A DNA stretch of 64,000 nucleotides from the human T2T-CHM13v2.0 reference genome, Homo sapiens, in NCBI RefSeq assembly GCF_009914755.1, contig NC_060937.1; one strand, 5' to 3'. Below, piece by piece: positions 1 to 15,900 of the stretch. Position 1 is the first letter of the stretch; each line of letters starts with the position of its first letter. The notes beneath the pieces were generated by a model, which was not told the origin of the DNA, made no database searches, and worked only from the letters and a program-made list of their open reading frames with translations. A program made the position numbers and the translations under genes.

Positions 1-121
1 GAAATATCAAAGTTCACAAACCATATATTATATACTGTACATAAAATATCAAAGTACCCAAGGCATATATTCTATACTGTACAAAAAATATCAAAGTACC
101 CAAAGCATGTATTATATACTG

Positions 122-499
122 TACATAAAATATGAAAGTACATCAAATATATATTTTATTCTGTACATAAAATATCAAAGTACACCAGATATATATTCTA
201 TAGTGTACATAAAATATCAAAGTACCCAAACTATACATTATATACTGTACATAAAATATGAAATTACATCAAATATATATTATATTAGGTTCATAAAATA
301 TGAAAGCACATCAAATATAGATTATATACTGTACATTAAATACCAAAGTACCCCAAATATATATTTTATACTGTACATCAAATATCAAAGTTCACAAACT
401 ATATATTATATACTGTACATAAAATATCAAAGTACCCATGGTATATATTCTACACTGTACAAAAAATATGAAAGTACCCAAAGCATGTGTTATATACTG
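122..499 (+). repeat. Example complete 378-bp HOR unit (monomers m1-m9)
   Basis: Labelled by conceptual translation: m1 YIKYESTSNIYFIL, m2 YIKYQSTP[D/N]IYSIV, m3 YIKYQSTQTIHYIL, m4 YIKYEITSNIYYIR, m5 YIKYESTSNIDYIL, m6 YIKYQSTPNIYFIL, m7 Y[M/I]KYQSSQTIYYIL, m8 YIKYQST[Q/H]GIYS[I/T]L, m9 YKKY[Q/E]STQSM[Y/C]YIL. The next m1 starts at 500. Confidence 0.93.
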
Positions 500-3400
500 T
501 ATATAAAATATGAAAGTACATCACACATATATTTTATTCTGTACATAAAATATCAAAGTACACCAGATATATATTCTATAGTGAACATAAAATAACAAAG
601 TACAAAAACTATAAATTATATGCTGTACATAAAATATGAAATTACATCAAATATATATTAGGTACATAAAATGTGAAAGTACATCAAATATAGATTATAT
701 AGTGTACATAAAATATCAATGTACCCCAAATATATATTTTATACTCTACATGAAATATCAAAGTTCACAAACCATACATTATATACTGCACATAAAATAT
801 CAAAGTACCCAAGGTATATATTCTATACTGTACAAAAAATATCAAAGTACCCAAAGCATGTATTATATACTGTACATAAAATATGAAACTACATCAAATA
901 TATATTTTATTCTGTACATAAAATATCAAAGTACACCAGATATATATTCTATAGTGTACATAAAATATCAACGTACCCAAACTATACATTATATACTGTA
1001 CATAAAATATGAAATTACATCAAATATATATTATATTAGGTACATAAAATATGAAAGCACATCAAATATAGATTATATACTGTACTTTAAATACCAAAAT
1101 ACCCCAAATATATACTTTATACTGTACATCAAATATCAAAGTTCACAAACTATATATTATATACTGTACATAAAATATCAAAGTACCCATGGTATATATT
1201 CTATACTGTACAAAAAATATCAAAGTACCCAAAGCATGTATTATATACTGTACATAAAATATGAAAGTACATCAAATATATATTTTATTCTGCACATAAA
1301 ATATCAAAGTACACCAGATATATATTCTATAGTGTACATAAAATAACAAAGTACAAAAACTATAAATTATATGCTGTACATAAAATATGAAATTACATCA
1401 AATATATATTAGGTACATAAAATATGAAAGTACATCAAATATAGATTATATACTGTACATAAAATATCAATGTACCCCAAATATATATTTTATACTCTAC
1501 ATGAAATATCAAAGTTCACAAACCATATATTATATACTGTACATAAAATATCAAAGTACCCAAGGTATATATTCTATACTGTACAAAAAATATCAAAGTA
1601 CCCAAAGCATGTATTATATACTGTACATAAAATATGAAAGTACATCAAATATATATTTTATTCTGTACATAAAATATCAAAGTACACCAGATATATATTC
1701 TATAGTGTACATAAAATATCAAAGTACCCAAACTATACATTATATACTGTACATAAAATATGAAATTACATCAAATATATATTATATTAGGTACATAAAA
1801 TATGAAAGCACATCAAATATAGATTATATACTGTACATTAAATACCAAAGTACCCCAAATATATATTTTATACTGTACATCAAATATCAAAGTTCACAAA
1901 CTATATATTATATACTGTACATAAAATATCAAAGTACCCATGGTATATATTCTACACTGTACAAAAAATATCAAAGTACCCAAAGCATGTATTATATACT
2001 GTATATAAAATATGAAAGTACATCACATATATATTTTATTCTGTACATAAAATATCAAAGTACACCAGATATATATTCTATAGTGTACATAAAATAACAA
2101 AGTACAAAAACTATAAATTATATGCTGTACATAAAATATGAAATTACCTCAAATATATATTAGGTACATAAAATATGAAAGTACATCAAATATAGATTAT
2201 ATACTGTACATAAAATATCAATGTACCCCAAATATATATTTTATACTCTACATGAAATATCAAAGTTCACAAACCATATATTATATACTGTACATAAAAT
2301 ATCAAAGTACCCAAGGTATATATTCTATACTGTACAAAAAATATCAAAGTACCCAAAGCATGTATTATATACTGTACATAAAATATGAAACTACATCAAA
2401 TATATATTTTATTCTGTACATAAAATATCAAAGTACACCAGATATATATTCTATAGTGTACATAAAATATCAACGTACCCAAACTATACTTTATATACTG
2501 TACATAAAATATGAAATTACATCAAATATATATTATATTAGGTACATAAAATATGAAAGCACATCAAATATAGATTATATACTGTACTTTAAATACCAAA
2601 ATACCCCAAATATATATTTTATACTGTACATCAAATATCAAAGTTCACAAACTATATATTATATACTGTACATAAAATATCAAAGTACCCATGGTATATA
2701 TTCTATACTGTACAAAAAATATCAAAGTACCCAAAGCATGTATTATATACTGTAAATAAAATATGAAAGTACATCAAATATATATTTTATTCTGTACATA
2801 AAATATCAAAGTACACCAGATATATATTCTATAGTGTACATAAAATATAAAAGTACCCAAACTATACATTATATACTGTACATAAAATATGAAATTACAT
2901 CAAATATATATTAGGTACATAAAATATGAAAGTACATCAAATATAGATTATATACTGTACATAAAATATCAAAGTACCCCAAATATATATTATATACTCT
3001 ACATGAAATATCAAAGTTCACAACTATATATTATATACTGTACATAAAATATCAAACTACCCAAGGTATTTATTCTATACTGTACAAAAAATATCAAAGT
3101 ACCCAAAGCATGTATTATATACTGTATATAAAATATGAAAGTACATTAAATATATATTTTATTCTGTACATAAAATATCAAAGTACACCAGATATATATT
3201 CTATAGTGTACATAAAATAACAAAGTACACAAACTATAAATTATATACTGTACATAAAATATGAAATTACATCAAATATATATTAGGTACATAAAATATG
3301 AAAGTACATCAAATATAGATTATATACTGTACATATAATATCAATGTACCCCAAATATATATTTTATACTCTAGATGAAATATCAAAGTTCACAAACCAT

Positions 3401-5636
3401 ACATTATATACTGCACATAAAATATCAAAGTACCCAAGGTATATATTCTATACTGTACAAAAAATATCAAAGTACCCAAAGCATGTATTTTATACTGTAC
3501 ATAAAATATGAAAGTACATCAAATATATATTTTATTCTGTACATAAAATATCAAAGTACACCAGATATATATTCTATAGTGTACATAAAATATCAAAGTA
3601 CCCAAACTATACATTATATACTGTACATAAAATATGAAATTACATCAAATATATATTAGGTACATAAAATATGAAAGTACATCAAATATAGATTATATAC
3701 TGTACATAAAATATCAATGTACCCCAAATATATATTTTATACTCTACATGAAATATCAAAGTTCACAAACCATATATTATATAATGTACATAAAATATCA
3801 AAGTACCCAAGGTATATATTCTATACTGTACAAAAAATATCAAATTACCCAAAGCATTTATTATATACTGTACATAAAATATGAAAGTACATCAAATATA
3901 TATTTTATTCTGTACATAAAATATCAAAGTACACCAGATATATATTCTATAGTGTACATAAAATATCAAAGTACCCAAACTATACATTATACACTGTACA
4001 TAAAATATGAAATTACATCAAATATATATTATATTAGGTACATAAAATATGAAAGTACATCAAATATAGATTATATACTGTACATAAAATACCAAAGTAC
4101 CCCAAATATATATTTTATACTGTACATGAAATATCAAAGTTCACACACTATATATTATATACTGTACATAAATTATCAAAGTACCCAAGGTATATATTCT
4201 ATACTGTACAAAAAATATCAAAGTACCCAAAGCATGTATTATATATTGTACATAAAATATGAAAGTACATCAAATATATATTTTATTCTGTACATAAAAT
4301 ATCAAAGTACACCAGATATATATTCTATAGTGTACATAAAATATCAACGTACCCAAACTATACATTATATACTGTACATAAAATATGAAATTACATCAAA
4401 TATATATTATATTAGGTACATAAAATATGAAAGTACATCAAATATAGATTATATACTGTACATAAAATATCAAAGTACCCCAAATATATATTATATACTC
4501 TACATGAAATATCAAAGTTCACAAACTATATATTATATACTGTACATAAAATATCAAAGTACCCAAGGTATATATTCTATACTGTACAAAAAATATCAAA
4601 GTATCCAAAGCATGTATTATATACTGTATATAAAATATGAAAGTACATTAAATATATATTTTATTCTGTACATAAAATATCAAAGTACACCAGATATATA
4701 TTCTATAGTGTACATAAAATAACAAAGTACGCAAACTATAAATTATATACTGTACATAAAATATGAAATTACATCAAATATATATTAGGTACATAAAATA
4801 TGAAAGTACATCAAATATATATTATATTCTGTACATATAATATCAATGTACCCCAAATATATATTTTATACTCTACATGAAATATCAAAGTTCACAAACC
4901 ATACATTATATACTGTACATAAAATATCAAAGTACCCAAGGTATATATTCTATACTGTACAAAAAATATCAAAGTACCCAAAGCATGTATTATATACTGT
5001 ACATAAAATATGAAAGTACATCAAATATATATTTTATTCTGTACATAAAATATCAAAGTACACCAGATATATATTCTATAGTGTACATAAAATATCAAAG
5101 TACCCAAACTATACATTATATACTGTACATAAAATATGAAATTACATCAAATTTATATTAGGTACATAAAATATGAAAGTACATCAAATATAGATTATAT
5201 ACTGTACATAAAATATCAAAGTACCCCAAATATATATTATATACTCTACATGAAAAATCAAAGTTCACAAACTATATATTATATACTGTACATAAAATAT
5301 CCAAGTACCCAAGGTATATATTCTATACTGTACAAAAAATATCAACGTACCCAAAGCATGTATTATATACTCTATATAAAATATGAAAGTACATCACATA
5401 TATATTTTATTCTGTACATAAAATATCAAAGTACACCAGATATATATTCTATAGTGTACATAAAATAACAAAGTTCAAAAACTATAAATTATATGCTGTA
5501 CATAAAATATGATATTACATCAAATATATATTAGGTACATAAAATATGAAAGTACATCAAATATAGATTATATACTGTACATAAAATATCAATGTACCCC
5601 AAATATATATTTTATACTCTACATGAAATATGAAAG

Positions 5637-5728
5637 TTCACAAACCATATATTATATACTGTACATAAAATATCAAAGTACCTTCACAAACCATATATTA
5701 TATACTGTACATAAAATATCAAAGTACC
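5637..5728 (+). repeat. Perfect 46-bp direct tandem duplication, out of 42-bp register
   Basis: ttcacaaaccatatattatatactgtacataaaatatcaaagtacc occurs at 5637-5682 and again at 5683-5728. Confidence 0.92.
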
Positions 5729-8700
5729 CAATGTATATATTCTATACTGTACAAAAAATATCAAAGTACACAAAGCATGTATTATATATTTACATGAAAT
5801 ATGAAACTACATCAAATATATATTTTATTCTGTACATAAAATATGAAAGTACACCAGATATATATTCTATAGTGTACATAAAATATCAACGTACCCAAAC
5901 TATACATTATATACTGTACATAAAATATGAAATTACATCAAATATATATTATATTAGGTACATAAAATATGAAAGCACATCAAATATAGATTATATACTG
6001 TACTTTAAATACCAAAGTACCCCAAATATATATTTTATACTGTACATCAAATATCAAAGTTCACAAACTATATATTATATACTGTACATAAAATATCAAA
6101 GTACCAATGGTATATATTCTATACTGTACAAAAAATATCAAAGTACCCAAAGCATGTATTATATACTGTACATAAAATATGAAAGTACATCAAATATATA
6201 TTTTATTCTGTACATAAAATATCAAAGTACACCAGATATATATTCTATAGTGTACATAAAATATCAAAGTACCCAAACTATACATTATATACTGTACATA
6301 AAATATGAAATTACATCAAATATATATTATATTAGGTACATAAAATATGAAAGCACATCAAATATAGATTATATACTGTACATTAAATACCAAAGTACCC
6401 CAAATATATATTTTATACTGTACATCAAATATCAAAGTTCACAAACTATATATTATATACTGTACATAAAATATCAAAGTACCCATGGTATATATTCTAC
6501 ACTGTACAAAAAATATCAAAGTACCCAAAGCATGTATTATATACTGTATATAAAATATGAAAGTACATCACATATATATTTTATTCTGTACATAAAATAT
6601 CAAAGTACACCAGATATATATTCTATAGTGTACATAAAATAACAAAGTACAAAAACTATAAATTATATGCTGTACATAAAATATGAAATTACCTCAAATA
6701 TATATTAGGTACATAAAATATGAAAGTACATCAAATATAGATTATATACTGTACATAAAATATCAATGTACCCCAAATATATATTTTATACTCTACATGA
6801 AATATCAAAGTTCACAAACCATATATTATATACTGTACATAAAATATCAAAGTACCCAAGGTATATATTCTATACTGTACAAAAAATATCAAAGTACCCA
6901 AAGCATGTATTATATACTGTACATAAAATATGAAACTACATCAAATATATATTTTATTCTGTACATAAAATATCAAAGTACACCAGATATATATTCTATA
7001 GTGTACATAAAATATCAATGTACCCAAACTATACTTTATATACTGTACATAAAATATGAAATTACATCAAATATATATTATATTAGGTACATAAAATATG
7101 AAAGCACATCAAATATAGATTATATACTGTACTTTAAATACCAAAATACCCCAAATATATATTTTATACTGTACATCAAATATCAAAGTTCACAAACTAT
7201 ATATTATATACTGTACATAAAATATCAAAGTACCCATGGTATATATTCTATACTGTACAAAAAATATCAAAGTACCCAAAGCATGTATTATATACTGTAC
7301 ATAAAATATGAAAGTACATCAAATATATATTTTATTCTGTACATAAAATATCAAAGTACACCAGATATATATTCTATAGTGTACATAAAATATAAAAGTA
7401 CCCAAACTATACATTATATACTGTACATAAAATATGAAATTACATCAAATATATATTAGGTACATAAAATATGAAAGTACATCAAATATAGATTATATAC
7501 TGTACATAAAATATCAAAGTACCCCAAATATATATTATATACTCTACATGAAATATCAAAGTTCACAACTATATATTATATACTGTACATAAAATATCAA
7601 ACTACCCAAGGTATATATTCTATACTGTACAAAAAATATCAAAGTACCCAAAGCATGTATTATATACTGTATATAAAATATGAAAGTACATTAAATATAT
7701 ATTTTATTCTGTACATAAAATATCAAAGTACACCAGATATATATTCTATAGTGTACATAAAATAACAAAGTACACAAACTATAAATTATATACTGTACAT
7801 AAAATATGAAATTACATCAAATATATATTAGGTACATAAAATATGAAAGTACATCAAATATAGATTATATACTGTACATATAATATCAATGTACCCCAAA
7901 TATATATTTTATACTCTACATGAAATATCAAAGTTCACAAACCATACATTATATACTGCACATAAAATATCAAAGTACCCAAGGTATATATTCTATACTG
8001 TACAAAAAATATCAAAGTACCCAAAGCATGTATTTTATACTGTACATAAAATATGAAAGTACATCAAATATATATTTTATTCTGTACATAAAATATCAAA
8101 GTACACCAGATATATATTCTATAGTGTACATAAAATATCAAAGTACCCAAACTATACATTATATACTGTACATAAAATATGAAATTACATCAAATATATA
8201 TTATATTAGGTACATAAAATATGAAAGCACATCAAATATAGATTATATACTGTACATAAAATACCAAAGTACCCAAAATATATATTTTATACTGTACATC
8301 AAATATCAAAGTTCACAAACTATATATTATATACTGTACATAAAATATCAAAGTACCCATGGTATATATTCTACACTGTACAAAAAATATCAAAGTACCC
8401 AAAGCATGTATTATATACTGTATATAAAATATGAAAGTACATCACATATATATTTTATTCTGTACATAAAATATCAAAGTACACCAGATATATATTCTAT
8501 AGTGTACATAAAATAACAAAGTTCAAAAACTATAAATTATATGCTGTACATAAAATATGAAATTACATCAAATATATATTAGGTACATAAAATATGAAAG
8601 TACATCAAATATAGATTATATACTGTACATAAAATATCAATGTACCCCAAATATATATTTTATACTCTACATGAAATATGAAAGTTCACAAACCATATAT

Positions 8701-11700
8701 TATATACTGTACATAAAATATCAAAGTACCCAAGGTATATATTCTATACTGTACAAAAAATATCAAAGTACACAAAGCATGTATTATATATTTACATAAA
8801 ATATGAAACTACATCAAATATATATTTTATTCTGTACATAAAATATGAAAGTACACCAGATATATATTCTATAGTGTACATAAAATATCAAAGTACCCAA
8901 ACTATACATTATATACTGTACATAAAATATGAAATTACATCAAATATATATTATATTAGGTACATAAAATATGAAAGTACATCAAATATAGATTATATAC
9001 TGTACATAAAATACCAAAGTACCCCAAATATATATTTTATACTGTACATGAAATATCAAAGTTCACACACTATATATTATATACTGTACATAAATTATCA
9101 AAGTACCCAAGGTATATATTCTATACTGTACAAAAAATATCAAAGTACCCAAAGCATGTATTATATATTGTACATAAAATATGAAAGTACATCAAATATA
9201 TATTTTATTCTGTTCATAAAATATCAAAGTACACCAGATATATATTCTATAGTGTACATAAAATATCAAAGTACCCAAACTATACATTATATACTGTACA
9301 TAAAATATGAAATTACATCAAATATATATTATATTAGGTACCTAAAATATGAAAGTACATCAAATATAGATTATATACTGTACATAAAATATGAAATTAC
9401 CCCAAATATATATTATATACTCTACATGAAATATCAAAGTTCACAAACTATATATTATATACTGTACATAAAATATCAAAGTACCCAAGGTATATATTCT
9501 ATACTGTACAAAAAATATCAAAGTATCCAAAGCATGTATTATATACTGTATATAAAATATGAAAGTACATTAAATATATATTTTATTCTGTACATAAAAT
9601 ATCAAAGTACACCAGATATATATTCTATAGTGTACATAAAATAACAAAGTACGCAAACTATAAATTATATACTGTACATAAAATATGAAATTACATCAAA
9701 TATATATTAGGTACATAAAATATGAAAGTACATCAAATATATATTATATTCTGTACATATAATATCAATGTACCCCAAATATATATTTTATACTCTACAT
9801 GAAATATCAAAGTTCACAAACCATACATTATATACTGTACATAAAATATCAAAGTACCCAAGGTATATATTCTATACTGTACAAAAAATATCAAAGTACC
9901 CAAAGCATGTATTAAATACTGTACATAAAATATGAAAGTACATCAAATAAATATTTTATTCTGTACATAAAATATCAAAGTACACCAGATATATATTCTA
10001 TAGTGTACATAAAATATCAAAGTACCCAAACTATACATTATATACTGTACATAAAATATGAAATTACATCAAATATATATTATATTAGGTACCTAAAATA
10101 TGAAAGTACATCAAATATAGATTATATACTGTACATAAAATATCAAAGTACCCCAAATATATATTATATACTGTACATGAAATATCAAAGTTCACAAACT
10201 ATATATTATATACTGTACATAAAATATCAAAGTACCCAAGGTATATATTCTATACTGTACAAAAAATATGAAAGTACCCAAAGCATGTATTATATACTGT
10301 ATATAAAATATGAAAGTACATTAAATATATATTTTATTCTGTACATAAAATATCAAAGTACACCAGATATATATTCTATAGTGTACATAAAATAACAAAG
10401 TACGCAAACTATAAATTATATACTGTACATAAAATATGAAATTACATCAAATATATATTAGGTACATAAAATATGAAAGTACATCAAATATAGATTATAT
10501 ACTGTACATAAAATATCAATGTACCCCAAGTATATATTTTATACTCTACATGAAATATCAAAGTTCACAAACCATATATTATATACTGTACATAAAATAT
10601 CAAAGTACCCAAGGTATATATTCTATACTGTACAAAAAATATCAAAGTACCCAAAGCATGTATTATATACTGTACATAAAATATGAAAGTACATCAAATA
10701 AATATTTTATTCTGTACATAAAATATCAAAGTACACCAGATATATATTCTATAGTGTACATAAAATATCAAAGTACCCAAACTATTGATTATATACTGTA
10801 CATAAAATATGAAATTACATCAAATATATATTATATTAGGTACATAAAATATGAAAGTACATCAAATATAGATTATATACTGTACATGAAATACCAAAGT
10901 ACCCCAAATATATATTTTATACGGTACATGAAATATCAAAGTTCACAAACTATATATTATATACTGTATATAAAATATCAAAGTACCCAAGGTATATATT
11001 CCATACTGTACAAAAAATATCAAAGTACCCAAAGCATGTATTATATACTGTACATAAAATATGAAAGTACATCAAATATATATTTTATTCTGTACAGAAA
11101 ATATGAAAGTACACCAGATATATATTCTATAGTGTACATAAAATATCAAAGTACCCAAACTATACATTATATACTGTACATAAAATATGAAATTACATCA
11201 AATTTATATTAGGTACATAAAATATGAAAGTACATCAAATATAGATTATATACTGTACATAAAATATCAAAGTACCCCAAATATATATTATATACTCTAC
11301 ATGAAATATCAAAGTTCACAAACTATATGTTATATACTGTACATAAAATATCAAAGTACCCAAGGTATATATTCTATACTGTACAAAAAATATCAACGTA
11401 CCCAAAGCATGTATTATATACTCTATATAAAATATGAAAGTACATCACATATATATTTTATTCTGTACATAAAATATCAAAGTACACCAGATATATATTC
11501 TATAGTGTACATAAAATAACAAAATACAAAAACTATAAATTATATGCTGTACATAAAATATGAAATTACATCAAATATATATTAGGTACATAAAATATGA
11601 AAGTACATCAAATATAGATTATATACTGTACATAAAATATCAATGTACCCCAAATATATATTTTATACTCTACATGAAATATCAAAGTTCACAAACCATA

Positions 11701-12941
11701 TATTATATACTGTACATAAAATATTAAAGTACCCAAGGTATAAATTCTATACTGTACAAAAAATATCAAAGTACCCAAAGCATGTATTATATACTGTACA
11801 TAAAATATGAAAGTACATCAAATATATATTTTATTCTGTACATAAAATATCAAAGTACACCAGATATATATTCTATAGTGTACATAAAATATCAAAGTAC
11901 CCAAACTATACATTATATACTGTACATAAAATATGAAATTACATCAAATATATATTATATTAGGTACATAAAATATGAAAGCACATCAAATATAGATTAT
12001 ATACTGTACATAAAATACCAAAGTACCCAAAATATATATTTTATACTGTACATCAAATATCAAAGTTCACAAACTATATATTATATACTGTACATAAAAT
12101 ATCAAAGTACCCATGGTATATATTCTACACTGTACAAAAAATATCAAAGTACCCAAAGCATGTATTATATACTGTATATAAAATATGAAAGTACATCACA
12201 TATATATTTTATTCTGTACATAAAATATCAAAGTACACCAGATATATATTCTATAGTGTACATAAAATAACAAAGTTCAAAAACTATAAATTATATGCTG
12301 TACATAAAATATGAAATTACATCAAATATATATTAGGTACATAAAATATGAAAGTACATCAAATATAGATTATATACTGTACATAAAATATCAATGTACC
12401 CCAAATATATATTTTATACTCTACATGAAATATGAAAGTTCACAAACCATATATTATATACTGTACATAAAATATCAAAGTACCCAAGGTATATATTCTA
12501 TACTGTACAAAAAATATCAAAGTACACAAAGCATGTATTATATATTTACATAAAATATGAAACTACATCAAATATATATTTTATTCTGTACATAAAATAT
12601 GAAAGTACACCAGATATATATTCTATAGTGTACATAAAATATCAACGTACCCAAACTATACATTATATACTGTACATAAAATATGAAATTACATCAAATA
12701 TATATTATATTAGGTACATAAAATATGAAAGCACATTAAATATAGATTATATACTGTACTTTAAATACCAAAGTACACCAAATATATATTTTATACTGTA
12801 CATCAAATATCAAAGTTCACGAACTATATATTATATACTGTACATAAAATATCAAAGTACCAATGGTATATATTCTATACTGTACAAAAAATATCAAAGT
12901 ACCCAAAGCATGTATTATATACTGTACATAAAATATGAAAG

Positions 12942-15900
12942 TACATCAAATATATATTTTATTCTGTACATAAAATATCAAAGTACACCAGATATATATT
13001 CTATAGTGTACATAAAATATCAACGTACCCAAACTATACATTATATACTGTACATAAAATATGAAATTAGATCAAATATATATTATATTAGGTACATAAA
13101 ATATGAAAGTACATCAAATATAGATTATATACTGTACATAAAATATCAAAGTACCCCAAATATATATTATATACTCTACATGAAATATCAAAGTTCACAA
13201 ACTATATATTATATACTGTACATAAAATATCAAAGTACCCAAGGTATATATTCTATACTGTACAAAAAATATCAAAGTATCCAAAGCATGTATTATATAC
13301 TGTATATAAAATATGAAAGTACATTAAATATATATTTTATTCTGTACATAAAATATCAAAGTACACCAGATATATATTCTATAGTGTACATAAAATAACA
13401 AAGTACGCAAACTATAAATTATATACTGTACATAAAATATGAAATTACATCAAATATATATTAGGTACATAAAATATGAAAATACATCCAATATAGATTA
13501 TATACTGTACATAAAATACCAAAGTACCCCAAATATATATTTTATACTGTACATGAAATATCAAATTCACAAGCTATATATTATATACTGTACATAAAAT
13601 ATCAAAGTACCCTAGGTATATATTCTATACTGTACAAAAAATATCAAAGTACCCAAAGCATGTATTATATACTGTACATAAAATATGAAATTACATCAAA
13701 TATATATTTTATTCTGTACATAAAATATCAAAGTAAACCAAATATATATTCTATACTGTACATAAAATATCAAAGTACCCATACTATACATTATATACTG
13801 TAAATAAAATATGAAATTACATCAAATATATATTATATTAGGTACATAAAATATGAAAGTACATCAAATATATATTATATACTGTACATAAAATACCAAA
13901 GTACCCCAAATATATATTTTATACTGTACATGAAATATCAAAGTTCACAAACTATATATTATATACTGTACATAAAATATCAAAGTACCCAAGGTATATA
14001 TTCTATACTGTACAAAAAATATCAAAGTACCCAAACATGTATTATATACTGTACATGAAATATGAAAGTACATCAAATATATATTTTATTCTGTACATAA
14101 AATATCAAAGTACACCAAATATATATTCTATACTGTACATAAAATATTAAAGTACCCAAACTATACATTATATACTGTACATAAAATATGAAATTACATC
14201 AAATATATATTATATTAGGTACACAAAATATGAAAATACATCCAATATAGATTATATACTGTACATAAAATACCAAAGTACCCCAAATGTATATTTTATA
14301 CTGTACATGAAATATCAAAGTTCACAAGCTATATATTATATACTGTACATAAAATATCAAAATACTCAAGGTATATATTCTATACTCTACAAAAAATATC
14401 AAAGTACCCAGAGCATGTATTATATACTGTACATAAAATATGAAAGTACATGAAATATATATTTTATTGTGTACAAAAAATATCAAAGTACACCAAATAT
14501 ATATTCTATACTGTACATAAAATATCAAAGTACCCAAACTATACATTATATACTGTACATAAAATATGAAATTACATCAAATATATATTATATTAGGTAC
14601 AGAAAATATGAAAGTACATCAAATATAGATTATATACTCTAAATAAAATATCAAAGTACCCCAAATATATATAATATACTGTACATGAAATATCAAAGTT
14701 CACAAACTATATATTATATACTGTACATAAAATATGAATGTACCCAAGGTATATATTCTATACTATACAAAAAGTATCAAAGTACCCAAAACATGTATTA
14801 TATACTGTACATAAAATATGAAAGTGCATCAAATATATATTTTATTCTGTACATAAAATATCAAAGTACACCAAATATATATTCTATACTGTACATAAAA
14901 TATCAAAGTACCCAAACTATACATTATATACAGTACATAAAATATGAAATTACATCAAATATATATTAGTTACATAAAATATGAAAGTACATCAAATATA
15001 GATTATATCCTGTACATAAAATACCAAAGTTCCCCAAATAAATATTTTATACTGTACATGAAATATCAAAGTTCACAAACTATATATTATATAATGCACA
15101 TAAATTATCAAATCACCCAAGGTATATATTCTATACTGTACAAAAAATATCAAAGTACCCAAAGCATGTATTATATACTGTACATAAAATATGAAAGTAC
15201 ATCAAATATATATTTTATTCTGTACATAAAATATCAAAGTACACCAAATATATATTCTGTAGTGTACATAAAATATCAAAGTACCCAAACTATACATTAT
15301 ATACTGTACATAAAATATGAAATTACATCAAATATATATTATATTAGGTACATAAAATATGAAAGTACATCAAATATAGATTATATACTGTACATAAAAT
15401 ACCAAAGTACCCCAAATATATATATTATATTGTACATGAAATATCAAAGTTCACAAACTATATATTATATACTGTACATAAAATATCAAAGTACCCAAGG
15501 TATATATTCTATACTGTACAAAAAATATCAAAGTACCCAAAGCATGTATTATATACTGTACATAAAACATGAAAGTACATGAAATATATATTTTATTGTG
15601 TACAAAAAATATCAAAGTACACCAAATATATATTCTATACTGTACATAAAATATCAAAGTACCCAAACTATACATTATATACTGTACATAATATATGAAA
15701 TTACATCAAATATATATTAGTTACATAAAATATGAAAGTACATCAAATATAGATTATATACTGTACATAAAATACCAAAGTACCCCAAATAAATAATTTA
15801 TACTGTACATGAAATATCAAAGTTCACAAACTATATATTATATACTGCACATAAAATATCAAATCACCCAAGGTATATATTCTATACTGTACAAAAAATA

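Larger units (their letters stand above)
1..13470 (+). repeat. Sub-domain A: ACACCAGAT variant with frequent 373-bp units and a 751-bp double-HOR period
   Basis: m2 reads gtacaccagat throughout. Recurrent markers are aaataacaaag in m3, caatgtacccc in m6 and a 5-bp deletion in m4 (atatatattaggtac). ORF starts at 636, 1387 and 2138 are 751 bp apart. Confidence 0.85.
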
